From NCBI GenBank assembly GCA_965649825.1, contig OZ287718.1:120796-184795 (forward strand): a stretch of 64,000 bases of DNA, written 5' to 3'. The position numbers and the translations under genes are program-made. The notes under the pieces were generated by a model. That model was not told the origin of the DNA. It saw only the letters and a list, made by a program, of their open reading frames with translations, and did no database searches. Position 1 is the stretch's first letter. The number at the start of each line of letters is the position of its first letter. This DNA is from Penicillus capitatus. Taxonomy: Eukaryota; Plantae; Chlorophyta. Of the stretch, positions 11,974-23,741 are shown piece after piece.

Positions 11974-14900
11974 TCAAAACATGATTTGGCAGTCTTCAAT
12001 AAAGAGATCCCCCAACGGGCCAGATCCAGGTCTAACGGCAAGTGCTCCCTTAGCCGCGTCGTTCACTATTTCAACACTCCAGTTCCATAAGTTGCACGTG
12101 GTATTGGTTCGCATCCAGTCAATGCCACGAAATCGGGCAGCAATAGCTCCAACTTGACAACCAAGGACATAATTTGACACGGCGGGTTGTTTGTGATACT
12201 CCCATCTTAACTTTCGCTCTGAGACACCAATTCCCAGTTTTTCATCTTCGGATAGACTGGCAAAGTCTTCTGTGGCAACGAAATGCGTAATGGGTGGGTA
12301 GTCCAGGATGTCCAAACTGGCTACCGAGGCATAGACACAGGAAAGTGCTGCTTCGGCTGGAGATAAGAAGACAGAATTGTCCAGTTCCAGAATCTCTTGC
12401 CGATAGACGGGATTGTTCATGTAATCACTCGTCAGATTCGTCAAGGCCGTGCCTGGGGGCAATGTCAGAAAGACGCGCATCTTCTCATACTTCTCAACAG
12501 AACGCAGTCTTCTGGCTAACTCCAAGGCAAATGCCACATTCATGGCCTTGGTGGTGGAATACGTCCGAATACCGGCATCCTGAAACAGAGAACCATCTCC
12601 ATCGGGATCTGTATGAACCTGTCCGTTCGCCGAATTGGAATCTCCAGGTCTTTGGATCGCAAGGTCGATAAGATCCTTTTCTTCCACATTGAAGGCGGAA
12701 CCTGAGGATTGGATAACAATCCGGCCAGACTGGAGATTCAGTCGGTTGTTCTGCAGCAGGAGCATTGTCAGGAAAAACTGACCAAGGTGTGTCACGCTCA
12801 CGGCCTTCGACACTCCAGCCATGTTACTTGACCATCCAGCTGATCCATTGTGCACAGCATTGAGAATTAAGATGTCCACTTTACCTGACTGGAATCCAAA
12901 GTGTGCAGAGATCGCTGCCGTCAGCTTCTTCACACTCTTGACATCGTCAAGAGCGACGGCGAAACATGTGAATGTTCCAACCTGTAATGGATTAAAGCGA
13001 CTGAAGATCTGAGTGATCGCTGCTACTCTCTCATTGCACGTGTCCGACGACTGAGATGTAGCAATGACATTGGCACCCAATCTGAGAAGATGGAGTGCAA
13101 CTGAGAATCCGATGCCGTTTGTCCCTCCTGTCAGCACCACGTTCTTTCCTTGCACTTGGTCGATTCTTCCTTCGTCGCTTATACGTGGCAGCGACCCATC
13201 CAGGTCTGGATCTGAGAACTGTGAGATAGAGATCTCAGAAGGTGTGATTGGAATAGCGGTGTTGAGTAACCAATCAGGACAGAGGTCACTCCTGTCGGAC
13301 TTCAAATCGTTACGTGTCAAACGAAAACCACTTGTCTCCAATCTATGCACTGCATTGTTGCTGTCTCCATGTCTTTCGTTCTCTGCCTTCTTCACTCCCA
13401 CCCGTTGAGCACTGTTGAAGATTTCCGAGTTTTTCAATCGACTCTTGATTTTTACAAGAGTCTTGTACGCTTCCTTCCCATAGTACTTATCTTCCCAGTC
13501 TTCCATACCAGAATAGGCATAATTAACATAGGAGCCAGTGCAGAAAGGACTCAGCGAGCGATAGGTATCTTCTGTCCATTTCTTCAAGGCATCCATCGTC
13601 ATGACATAATCATCGTTCGATGTCTTTTTCCTCTTCTTTTCCGGAACCATCATTGACGTGATGGACAGCATGGATACTGCATTACTATGCTTCCAGAGAG
13701 AAGGCCCTCTTCCGATATTACCCCCTAGGTGTTCCATCACAATATACACAGAGCTGTCGAATCCTTCGGGGATGAAATCAATTCCAGCATACCTAAGAAC
13801 AGAAAAGCTTATTGATCGGTGTTTCTGATTGCATGTGGACACTTGAATCGATCCAGCAAAACAAGAGAACGATTGTGTGACCACTCGTCTGTGATTCCAC
13901 TCGTCCAGTATACACGTGCATGGCGGATCCCGTACATATTGGACCATTCCGTGAATGTGTATCCTTGTCGAAATGGACCGCCTTTCAGTATCCAGTCTTG
14001 TGTATGTTTCTTGGCCTTTTCCATTTCGTCAGGACTCGAACAACGCAAGCTGAGTAAGCTGCAGCACAATAAAGAAGTCAGTGCTGTATTTTACGATCAT
14101 CCACCCAGCGTACGTGCATGCTGTTTCTGCACTCACGGCTCGCGCCGTTCGATTGAGAAAAGGCTGCAGAACATCGATCCCTTCTTCGATGGGTCCATCA
14201 AACATCAATCCAAACTCCACGCTCACCTAATCAGGTAAATAAATGCCCGTCGATCTTAATATTGTATGTGGGAATGCAAAATAACTCTGATATTTCCTGT
14301 GTGCCGATGTGGAAAGACTCTTCTGATAAAGAGGTCCATTGTCAAGCGAGGGTCGATATCAGCATCAAGGATGGTGTCTTGGTAGATATCAAGGAATTCT
14401 GCCGATGCGTCTGGTGACCTATGCAGACAAAGATGCATGGACACAGCCACCAATTAATATGTTAAGAGGATACTGGAAAAAAGCAATGTGGCCTGCTAGA
14501 TAAGACGGATAGGCAGGATATGTCCTGAGAATGACATCGGTGACGACACCAAAATTTGAACCACCAGCACCGCGGAGTGCCCACATCAATTCTGGATCAT
14601 TTGTATCATCCACGATAACGACCTCTCCATCTGGCAACACCATCCGAACAGACAGGACATTGTCCGAAACAAGTCCGCGATTGCGGGATGTCCATCCGAT
14701 GCCTCCTCCAAGGGCCAATCCAACAACTCCCACTAACGGACAACCACCCACCACAGCGGACAGACTTCTTTCCTCTAGCAAAGAAAGGACATCTTTCCAT
14801 AGAGACCCGCCTTGAGCCACAATAGCATTGGATGGAAATCTTGTCATCCACCGACGCTCGCATTCATCCAACGGTTTCTCGTCTGCGAAGTGTACCCCAT

Positions 14901-15444
14901 TGAAGTAGACCATGTCAATCACCATTCCACCCTCCGAAATGGAAAATCCAGCTGGATTGTGTCCTCCATTGCGCACCGTCACTGTCAAGTTCTGCTGTTT
15001 TGCCAGCTTAAGTGCCATTCGAATATCGTTTAGAGTGACAGGCATCATCACCATTTTTGGTTTAGCGGAGATGGCTAGATTGAATAGAGGATAGCGCGAG
15101 AGATACGATTCTGCACTTTGGGGACAGAGATAGGGACCCAGGAAATGACTGTTCAGATACCCAATGGCCTCTTCATCGAAACAGGGATCCTTCAAAGAGG
15201 ATGGAATCGAAATCTCCACCCATACAGTACAAAGTGGTCGTCCTCTGCCTCCCGGATCACTAAAGTCCAATGACTGCCTTGTAAATCCTTGTCAGCAAGC
15301 GACATCACACGTAGAAAGTGATGTGACCCTTCGCAAACCTATAAGCTCTTCGAGTGTTGAAGTAGGATAGATGGCGAACAAGAAGCATCCAACTAGAGTA
15401 ATGATCGACAGACAGAAGGTGACATAGAGCCGACGCGGATGCAT
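11974..15444 (-). CDS. Signal-anchored berberine-bridge-enzyme-like FAD oxidase fused to a short-chain dehydrogenase/reductase
   Basis: Exon 1 is MHPRRLYVTFCLSIITLVGCFLFAIY. FAD-binding motifs VRNGGHN, GGCPLVGVVG and ALRGAGGSNFGVVT; BBE C-terminus GSYVNY..W..KYYG..Y..L..IK. The same uninterrupted ORF continues into SDR motifs TGGTNGIG, ILILNA and YSTTK. Confidence 0.85.
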
Positions 15445-15580
15445 CTCAATGAAATGGATCAGCCGACCTGGCTTCCATGCAGCGCATACGACACGTGCTG
15501 TGGCTACGGTAGGTATGGTGTACGTACGGTCATGGCTCTGTCCATTGTCGCCGGATACCTTATTTCGACCGTCTCGTGAA

Positions 15581-17617
15581 ATGTTTTCCGCTCTATTCTC
15601 ACGGTCGCGCAGGCCGGGCTCTCAATCTCTGACGGATTTGCCTTCGGACTTTCTTCATCGCGTCTTCATCCATCTGGAGAGCGCGCGCGATGTCATATCT
15701 CTTCAGTCGACGTCCAAGCGCTTACTGGAGATTGGTCGCTCTCGAAGTGTATGGGCAAACAGACTGCGCAAAGAATACGGACTTCGACTTGAGGTAGAGA
15801 CGTCGTCGCTCTTCCAAGCACGTCGTCGGGAAGCCAATTTCAAATAGGTGGATTCTCGTTGCGACCACAATGCATTGCAAGATCTCTACAGAGATACCTT
15901 CAGGCAGAAGGACGCGCTGCGTTACTGGGGAGTCTACACCGATGGCGGCTGTGATAACTCTTGGCTGAACTACTGGGTGCGCTTGCTGTGGATGGTAGGA
16001 TGCATCTTGTGTTGAATGTGGGTGGATGCTGCAGATGGATAACATGTTTACTCCAAACCACTGGGAGTCATTCTGCAGCGAATTCGGGAAGAATGTGAAT
16101 TGTGTGGGTGTGATGGTAGAAGGAGAGCTGGAGAAGGATATTCGGAAAAGGGAAGAACGCAACTTCATGATACACAAATGTCGCATTCCGGCCAGTCGCG
16201 TTTTCAATGAGACATATCATCACACTGGCATCGAAGAGGCGGTGAGAAGGCTGCAGGCGTGGTCTCGACCAGAACTTGTGAATTTCATGATTGCACTCTG
16301 CAATGACATGGAAGCTGGTGGTATGTGGGGAGAATTGTTACTGCATGGAGTCCCAGAAGCAGAGAGAGATAGCGAAAAAGTGAGCAGTTGTGCTTCTGAA
16401 TTGATGGGACAGTTCAAGCAATCTCTGTTTTTCAGACTCGCCTCAGAGAATTTGTTCAGCAGCTGGACAATGAGAGAGATTTGAAAGTGGAATCGGTTGG
16501 AATAGAACAGTTCTTTGAGCATCCAGCGCAGAACTTCTCAAAGAGTGGGTGTCCGCTGCCATCACCGTGCATTCAACACAGCTGTCTCTACGACAAAGCA
16601 TACACAAATGCAGTCCGTCAACAACCGGAAGTTGATGTGACAGGTACACCGTTGCCAACACGGTATGCTCGGCTTTGACGAATTGGCTGTGCATCAGGTG
16701 TCATCGATTTCATAAGAGCATGCAGATTTGGACCGTTCAGCTGTCCTGTTGCCAGTGCTGTCCTTTTTGTAGGACAAGTGAATATGTCGCGTAATGCAGA
16801 GTCAGACAGTTCCATGGCAGATGCTCTCAAGGTAGAGAGAGCGACTGTGTGATGGTGGTATTCCTGGCATCGATCGGGTGTGTCTGATAGGAACTGTGCA
16901 CAAGTGCAGCATCTGAGTCCTTTGACGATCTCTTCCAGAAAGACATGGTTCAAGCAGCCATTGCTGACAAGACACTGCCCGCTATCTGCCAGCACAAGTC
17001 TAGTACTGTAGGTCACTGGGTTGAATTCAGTCGTGATTACACAGACAAAAAACTGGCAGAGAAATTCAGTCGACTGCAGCCTGTCGTTTGGTTCCACTTT
17101 TATTCCAAAGAAGAATTGCGGAATGGCGAGTTTGTTGCCGGAGACGACGACGACACAGATAACGAAGACAATGGGTTTGAGTCTATGGATTCCGATTCCG
17201 ATCACGGTTCCGTTGACAGTTTTCCATCGGAGATCCTGTCCGAAGACGAACACGTCGTCGAGGACTTGGAGAATGAAATCGTGCAGGATGTCCTGGAAGA
17301 TCTACCAGATCTTGTCGACGAAATAGATGGACATGTGGACCCACACCAACCTCCATCTGGCAAAGACACGTATGTCCCTGACATCACTCACTCACTCAAT
17401 TCTGCCATCCTGTGCTGTGCTCTGCAGATTGGAAATGCGATTGAGCTCAAGGGTAAGTGGCAATGTAGTACTGGTGAAATTGATTCATCCTGAGAATCTG
17501 ATGGAGGAATTCCGAGATCTCCATTCAGACCCAAACATAGATATCAACGCCATCCTTCTGAATGGGAAGAAGATCACATTGCCCGTGGGCACACGCTTTC
17601 TTTACAGCAACGATTGA
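15581..17617 (+). CDS. F-box protein with a C-terminal domain of unknown function and an acidic insert, multi-exon
   Basis: F-box LTDLPSDFLHRVFIHLESARDVISLQSTSKRL. Later exons read LRYWGVYTDGGCDNSWLNYW/VDNMF, RACRFGPFSCPVAS, PVVWFHF and VKLIHPENLMEEFRDLHSDPNIDI. Stop at 17615-17617. Confidence 0.75.
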
Positions 17618-17860
17618 ATGGCGGATTGGCATGTGCAACAATCAATCCATCGAGTTTCATTCACTTTGCCCCTTTCCTTGATTTGGTCTTTCATTTTGTG
17701 AGTGTCTGCGAATGCGGATGATCATGTACCTTGCTGCGACGAGTACCTGAAAGACATGAATGGCTAGATGTTTTTGACTTCATGGCTGTTTTTGCATCCG
17801 CCAGGCGGCTTTTGCCACGACGTAATATAATGCTTCCTCATTCGATAAATGCGTTCTGAC

Positions 17861-18727
17861 ATGGCCCTTGTTCAAATCTTAAAAACGTCTCCCACTCTGA
17901 CAGCCATCCGCTCGTCGCCGCGATCTCTGATTCGAAGAGGAAGGTGTATGGCGTCGACGCCTCACGCATCCTTAAGCGTCGTCGTGAAAGGCAACCCCCA
18001 AACAAACGTATCTTGATGGTTTTATATTTGATGACGAGGTCCTCATCTCCACCTGCCGGTGTTCATCTGTAGACACTCGGAGATTGCCCATTCTGTCATC
18101 GTGTGTTGTTGACAATGGAACAGAAAACCATCGACTATGACCGGATCTATGTCGATCTCCAAAACAAACCTCAATGGCTACTGGATGTAAACCCAGAAGG
18201 CACGGTGCCTGTTCTGAAAGAAGAAGAAACCTACTTGCCAGACTCCGATGCCATTGTGAAACACTTAGAAGAGAAATTCCCGCTGCCTTCTGTTCCTCAA
18301 AATCCGGAAGCATTGGAAGCTGTCAACGGGATCTTTGGCGCCTTCAGATCTTATTTCTTGAACAAGGATGATGAAAAAGAGGGGGAACTGAAAGAGACAC
18401 TAAGTGCAGAATTAAGAAAGCTGGAGGCGTTCCTGAAGACAACATCTGGACCATTCTTGGGTGGAGATACCTTCGATGCGACAGATGCATTGATTCTACC
18501 ACGCCTCTATCACATGCGTGTGGCATTGGGGTACTTCAAGCAATGGACGATACCGGAGGATTGTCCAAAGGCACGCACTCAATCCAGGATGTCTAAAATC
18601 GATGTGGAGTGGCGGAATGCTTTTGTAGGTGACACAGTACATGAGTGCTGCTGAACAGACTGATGTCTGGAAGAGATGCGTGTACTCTGAATCGTTAATC
18701 GTTGAGGGATGGGGATCTAAGCTGTGA
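17861..18727 (+). CDS. DHAR: Dehydroascorbate reductase (GST fold) with N-terminal transit peptide, 3 exons
   Basis: VVKGNPQTN/TLGDCPFCHRVLLTME, KPQWLLDVNPEGTVPVL, LPDSDAI, GPFLGG, LPRLYHMRVALGYFKQW. The last intron is GC-AG. Confidence 0.92.
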
Positions 18728-18761
18728 ATCTTAGATGTTTCAAAAACAAACTGTCCTTTAT

Positions 18762-19352
18762 TCAGTACTGACTTGTTTTCAGCTGTAAATCCAGGAGTTC
18801 ATCCTATGCAAAGGAATGTTACGCCTGTAATCAAGAATCAGATTCTACCTCGTCGATTGTTTTGATCTTGCAGTCGGCGAGTGGCTCAGACACACACAGA
18901 AGAGCATAGCCCTGATCGGCGACGTCCTCACTCAACATCGAACCTGATTGATCCACTTCTCCAGCCACCTGTTGAACTGAAGCAGTCGAAACTGTATGTG
19001 TGAGAATAGAGAGGATTGGCAAGGACCAGTTTTGCAGGGCATGTCATGCAGACGCCGAGTTTGCAGTCGTGAGGGAGTTCCAATCCAGAGTCTAAAGCGA
19101 CTTCTAGAATGGACTGCCCCTGGCAACAGAGTAGAGTCTTTCGCTCTTCGCCGAAAACGAAATTCTAAGATAGTGAACCTCGGCGACGTCAAGTTGGTGC
19201 GTTTTGCCCTGATGCTCGATCTCCACTTTGTGGGTGGTCGCCGCCGCTCGAAAAGGGTTTAATTGCAGACGTCTCCAAGATCGATCAAGGGACCGCCACG
19301 ACCGCACAGATCTCTCAGAAAGCGATAGAGGAGAGTATGGAGTCGACGCCAT
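18762..19352 (-). CDS. FdC1: Plastid 2Fe-2S ferredoxin, FdC1/FDX4 type, 4 exons
   Basis: GQSILEVALDSGLELPHDCKLGVCMTCPAKL/VAGEVDQSGSMLSEDVADQGYALLCVS and C-terminal DELLDLQL, after a Ser/Arg-rich transit peptide. Confidence 0.92.
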
Positions 19353-19792
19353 TGCGCTTGAAAAATGTGACAGTATTTTGAGATTTGTAAAATTGAAGGT
19401 TGGTTTCCAGGGATGTGTGGTTCTCTGCATCAAAAGATAACGGATTCTATCACATCGCCAAGTGACAGATGGCCTCTTCTTTTCGTCGATGGATTGGCCA
19501 AGAATACAGATTTCTAAGAATAAGAAAAACTGAAATCCCTAGGATAATCAGAATTCTCAAGGAATTTGTCATCTGCAGCTCCACAAAAAGTTAAAAGGAA
19601 GGAAAACGAATTGTGTGATTCCAAGCATGCGAATGTAAAGACAGCATGCATTCGAGTAGGTCCAGACTCGATTCTGGGACGATGGAATGTGTCTGTTTCA
19701 TTTCAGATAGACTTGATTGCGCGTCTTGCCTTTGTCGGCACTGCTAACGCCACCTGTGGATGGAATGAGTATTTTAGTAGGAAAGTGAGAAA

Positions 19793-22700
19793 TCAAGTAA
19801 CCAAACCGGGACATGGACAGGGAACATTGCACTCAATAGTGAGTCTCTTGCAAATTGCCATGCAGGCGTTCACATAAGTTGCACCATCTGATGCACAGAC
19901 AGGAGAGTAATCAAACGTGCATTCATCGCAATCAGGAACGGGTTCAGGAGAAGGTTCAGCAGGTGGTTCTGGAGAGGGCTCGGCGACACCTACAAAGAAC
20001 TAAAATTCTGGAAGTGCAGTAATAATCACGAATGCTACTTGGCTTAGGACACGGACATTTGCCTGGACATGCAACGACTACATCTCTGCACTTGGCAGCG
20101 CACTCATTGCGATATGTCCTTCCATCTTCGCCGCAGACTGGATCAAGGTCTTCTGAACAAGTTTTGCAATCTATAGACGGTGTTGGCTCAGGTGATGATG
20201 GACTGATGCCTAGAAAAGTGAAATTTCTTGTGGTCCAGTTTTATTTACTGGGAGTGTACTTGGTTTGGGGCACGGACAAGCATCGGGACATGCAATGTCT
20301 ACTTTTGCGCATTTGGCGAGGCATTCGTTGCCGTAAGTGTTTCCATCAACACCGCACACTGGATTATATATTTTTGGACAGTCACATCCTGTAGAAGGCT
20401 CGGGGGAGATGGGAGGAGACACAACAGAAGCAGTTGGCTTCTCCAGTACTTTAGGTGATGGACTGGGACCTGCAGTAGAGACATTAATGCTTTTCTAGAA
20501 ACTACTACTCGATCATACCTGGCTTAGAGCAAGGACACACATCTGAACATGCGATGGCTACTTGTGCACATTTGGCAAGGCATTCATTCTCATATGTCTT
20601 CCCATCAACACCGCATACAGGATCATAAGTCTTTGGACAGTCACATCCTGTAGATGTTCCAGGGGTTTTGGGTGGAGACACGACAGAAGAAAAGGCACCT
20701 AAGGCAAAGAGTTAGTGACATCTTGCAAGATTACTACTGCATGCATGTTCATACCTAGTTTAGGGCACGGACACACGTCGGGACATGCGATGTCCACCTT
20801 GGCGCATTTAGCCAGGCATTCGTTCTCATAGGTCTTTCCATCGACACCGCACACTGGATCATAAATCTCGGGACAGTCGCATCTTGCAGATGTTCCAGGG
20901 GTTTTGGGTGGAGACACGACATGCGTAGAGAGACTGGTGCCTGTAGTTGGCAGATAGTGACATCTTGAAAGACTACGACTGCATGTTCATACCTGGTTTG
21001 GAGCAAGGACACACATCTGAACATGCGATGGCTACTTGTCCACATTTAGCAAGGCATTCGTTCTCATAGGTCTTCCCATCGACACCGCATACAGGATTGT
21101 ATGTTTTCGGACAGTCTTCGCATTTTGTGGCCGGTTTGGGTGGAGAAACAACAGTAGAAGGAATGACACCTGCAGTGGAAACATCATGTCTTCTAAAAGA
21201 GCCTCTACTACTTGTTTGTACCTTCTTTAGAGCAAGGACACACGTCGGCACACGCAATGTCCACCTTGGCGCATTTCGCCAAGCATTCGTTTTCATAGGT
21301 CTTTCCATCAACACCGCACACTGGATCATAAGCCGCGGGACAGTCACATCCTGCAGATGTTCCAGGGGTTTTGGGTGGAGACACGACATGCGTAGAGAGA
21401 CTGGTGCCTGTAATTGGCAGATAGTGACATTTTGAAAGCCCACGACTGCATGTTCGTACCTGGTTTGGAGCAAGGACACACATCTGAACATGCGATGGCT
21501 ACTTGTCCACATTTGGCAAGGCATTCGTTCTCATAGGTCTTCCCATCGACACCGCATACAGGATCATAAGTCTTTGGACAGTCGCATCCTGCGGATGTTC
21601 CAGGGGTTTTGGGTGGAGACACGACATGCGTAGAGAGACTGGTGCCTGTAATTGGCAGATAGTGACATCTTGAAAGACTATGACTGCATGTTCATACCTG
21701 GTTTGGAGCAAGGACACACGTCGGGACACGCAATGTCCACCTTGGCGCATTTGGCCAGGCATTCATTGTCATACGTCTTTCCATCGACACCGCATACAGG
21801 ATCATAAGTCTTTGGACAGTCTTCGCATTTTACAGCCGGTATGGGCGAGATTCGCGGGCATACAACAGAAGAAGGAATGAAACCTGAAATACAAATTTCG
21901 ATGCTTTTCAAGAAACGATGTTATGTTTGTACCTGGTTTGGAGCACGGACACTCGCCGGGACATGCAATAGCTACTTTTGCGCATTTTGCAAGGCATCCG
22001 TTGCCATAAGTCTTTCCATCAACACCACAAACTGGATCGTAAGTCTTAGGACAATCTTCACATTTTGTAACATGTCCAGGCAAGGTTGGCGGACATACAA
22101 CTGAGGCTGGAATGGGACCTACAGCGCAACCATCAATGCGGCTCGAAAAACCATTGCACGCCCATACCTGGTTTGGAGCAAGGACACTCATCGGGACATG
22201 CAATGTCTACCTTGGAGCATTTGGCAAGGCATTCATTGTCGTATGTCTTCCCATCAACACCGCATACAGGATTGTATGTCTCAGGACAGTCTTCACATTT
22301 TATAGCCACTACGGGCGGGATGGGCGGAGGCTCAACAGAAGCAATTGGCGCAACAGTAACCTTAGGTGGTGGAGTGATACCTGAAGCAGAGACATCGATG
22401 TTTTCTAGATATCAGGACTACTGCATATATATTCATACTTGGTTTAGCAGGGCACGGACATTCACCAGAACATCTGATGGCTACTTTTGCGCATTTGGCG
22501 AGGCATTCATTGCCGTATGTCTTCCCATCGACACCGCATACAGGGTTGTAGATCGTCGGACATGCTTTGCATGGCGACTCCGTCGTGATCGGAGAAGAAG
22601 GCGATGGAACAGGTCTTGTCGATTCCATCGGAGATGGAGAAACCACCTTAGGAGCCTCCGATGAAGAAGGTTTAACGGTTGTTGGACAAGATGGTCGGTG

Positions 22701-23155
22701 TCGTCGACAACGAGCTTTCGGCGTCGTGGGAACTTCACCTGCACGACAGAACTGTATTCGCAAGACAAAAATCACGATCCCTCACATGGACATCGTCCGC
22801 GACAAGCGACCTTGGTGCCATGGCATGCTGCAGAGCATGCATTGATGTAGGTATGTCCGTCTACTCCACATACTGGATCACGAGCCCAGAAGATCGGGTA
22901 TGGCCACGTGCAGACACACCATTTGTTTATTCCACGATCTGTGACAAGGGCGATATCTCACGCATTTGGGGTACAGAAACGAATCGAACGCAGTTTCGCA
23001 AGAAAGGACACTAAGTATACGTAGCGCTGGCACGGGCGTCGTGTCTTACCTGCAAGACCGAATGTCGACTGGACATATACTGCGACGACGAAAAGAACGA
23101 AGCATCGAGACTGCGATGCCGTCGACCAGTGAGCCTTTGGCGAAACTCTACCCAT
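19793..23155 (-). CDS. Secreted multidomain Kazal-type protease-inhibitor-like protein (13 Kazal-like domains, Pro/Thr/Ser linkers)
   Basis: Signal-peptide exon ends [19 protein letters not shown]. It is followed by 13 units of the form C-x1-2-C-P-x-x-Y-x-PVCGxDGxTYxNxCxAxC-x5-C-x3-CPC, separated by phase-1 introns. Stop at 19793-19795. Confidence 0.88.
20500..22320 (-). repeat. Tandem exon+intron units of about 240 bp encoding the central Kazal domains
   Basis: Near-identical blocks such as acctggtttggagcaaggacacac and ttcccatcgacaccgcatacaggatc recur about every 240 bp, and several introns are also near-identical. Confidence 0.85.
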
Positions 23156-23741
23156 CCTTTCAGATTCGTCGAGACGAAGAAAGGACGCGGCTGGAAAGAC
23201 CTCGGCAATGCGACAAAGGGGTCAACTCCCGAATGCGTTAACGCCAGACAAATGGCAGTCAGTTAACGCGTGTCTTGTATCTAAATAACCATTATGTTGC
23301 CTCAGATGACAGCCGTTCATATAGTAGATCACTCTGAGATGACTGAGGTCCACGCAAGGATGATGATCGCTTTCTATCCCGAACTGTGCGTTTATCCCCA
23401 CGACCATGCGCGTCGGCACATCTGGATGCTTTAAGTCTCGGCATTGATCTTGGAGAATCCGCTTATGGACCACATACCGCTACACGGAATCTCAATACCT
23501 GTTCGCATAAGGGATCATTCCTCTTTGTCGCAGATATCGAATGCTGTACTGGTCATTTCCTTGAACAGGTACTCAAAGAAAGTGTTCCCTTCGCTCATCT
23601 GCGTCCCATTCAATGGGTCCCATCCAATCTACAGCATAATGATGGCATCCGTTCGAGCAGGGCGACCATTCGACGTACGTCTCTTTTCTCTCTCGTCGCT
23701 GCGTGTTGGCTTCATCTTCACTTTACGCCGCGTAAAACAGA

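Noticed and set aside
16618-17253. 211-aa minus-strand ORF
   Set aside because: It is antisense to the F-box gene exons.
23222-23650. Short ORFs between the Kazal and PHOX genes
   Set aside because: No coherent exon chain or recognisable motif; probably divergent promoter/UTR sequence.
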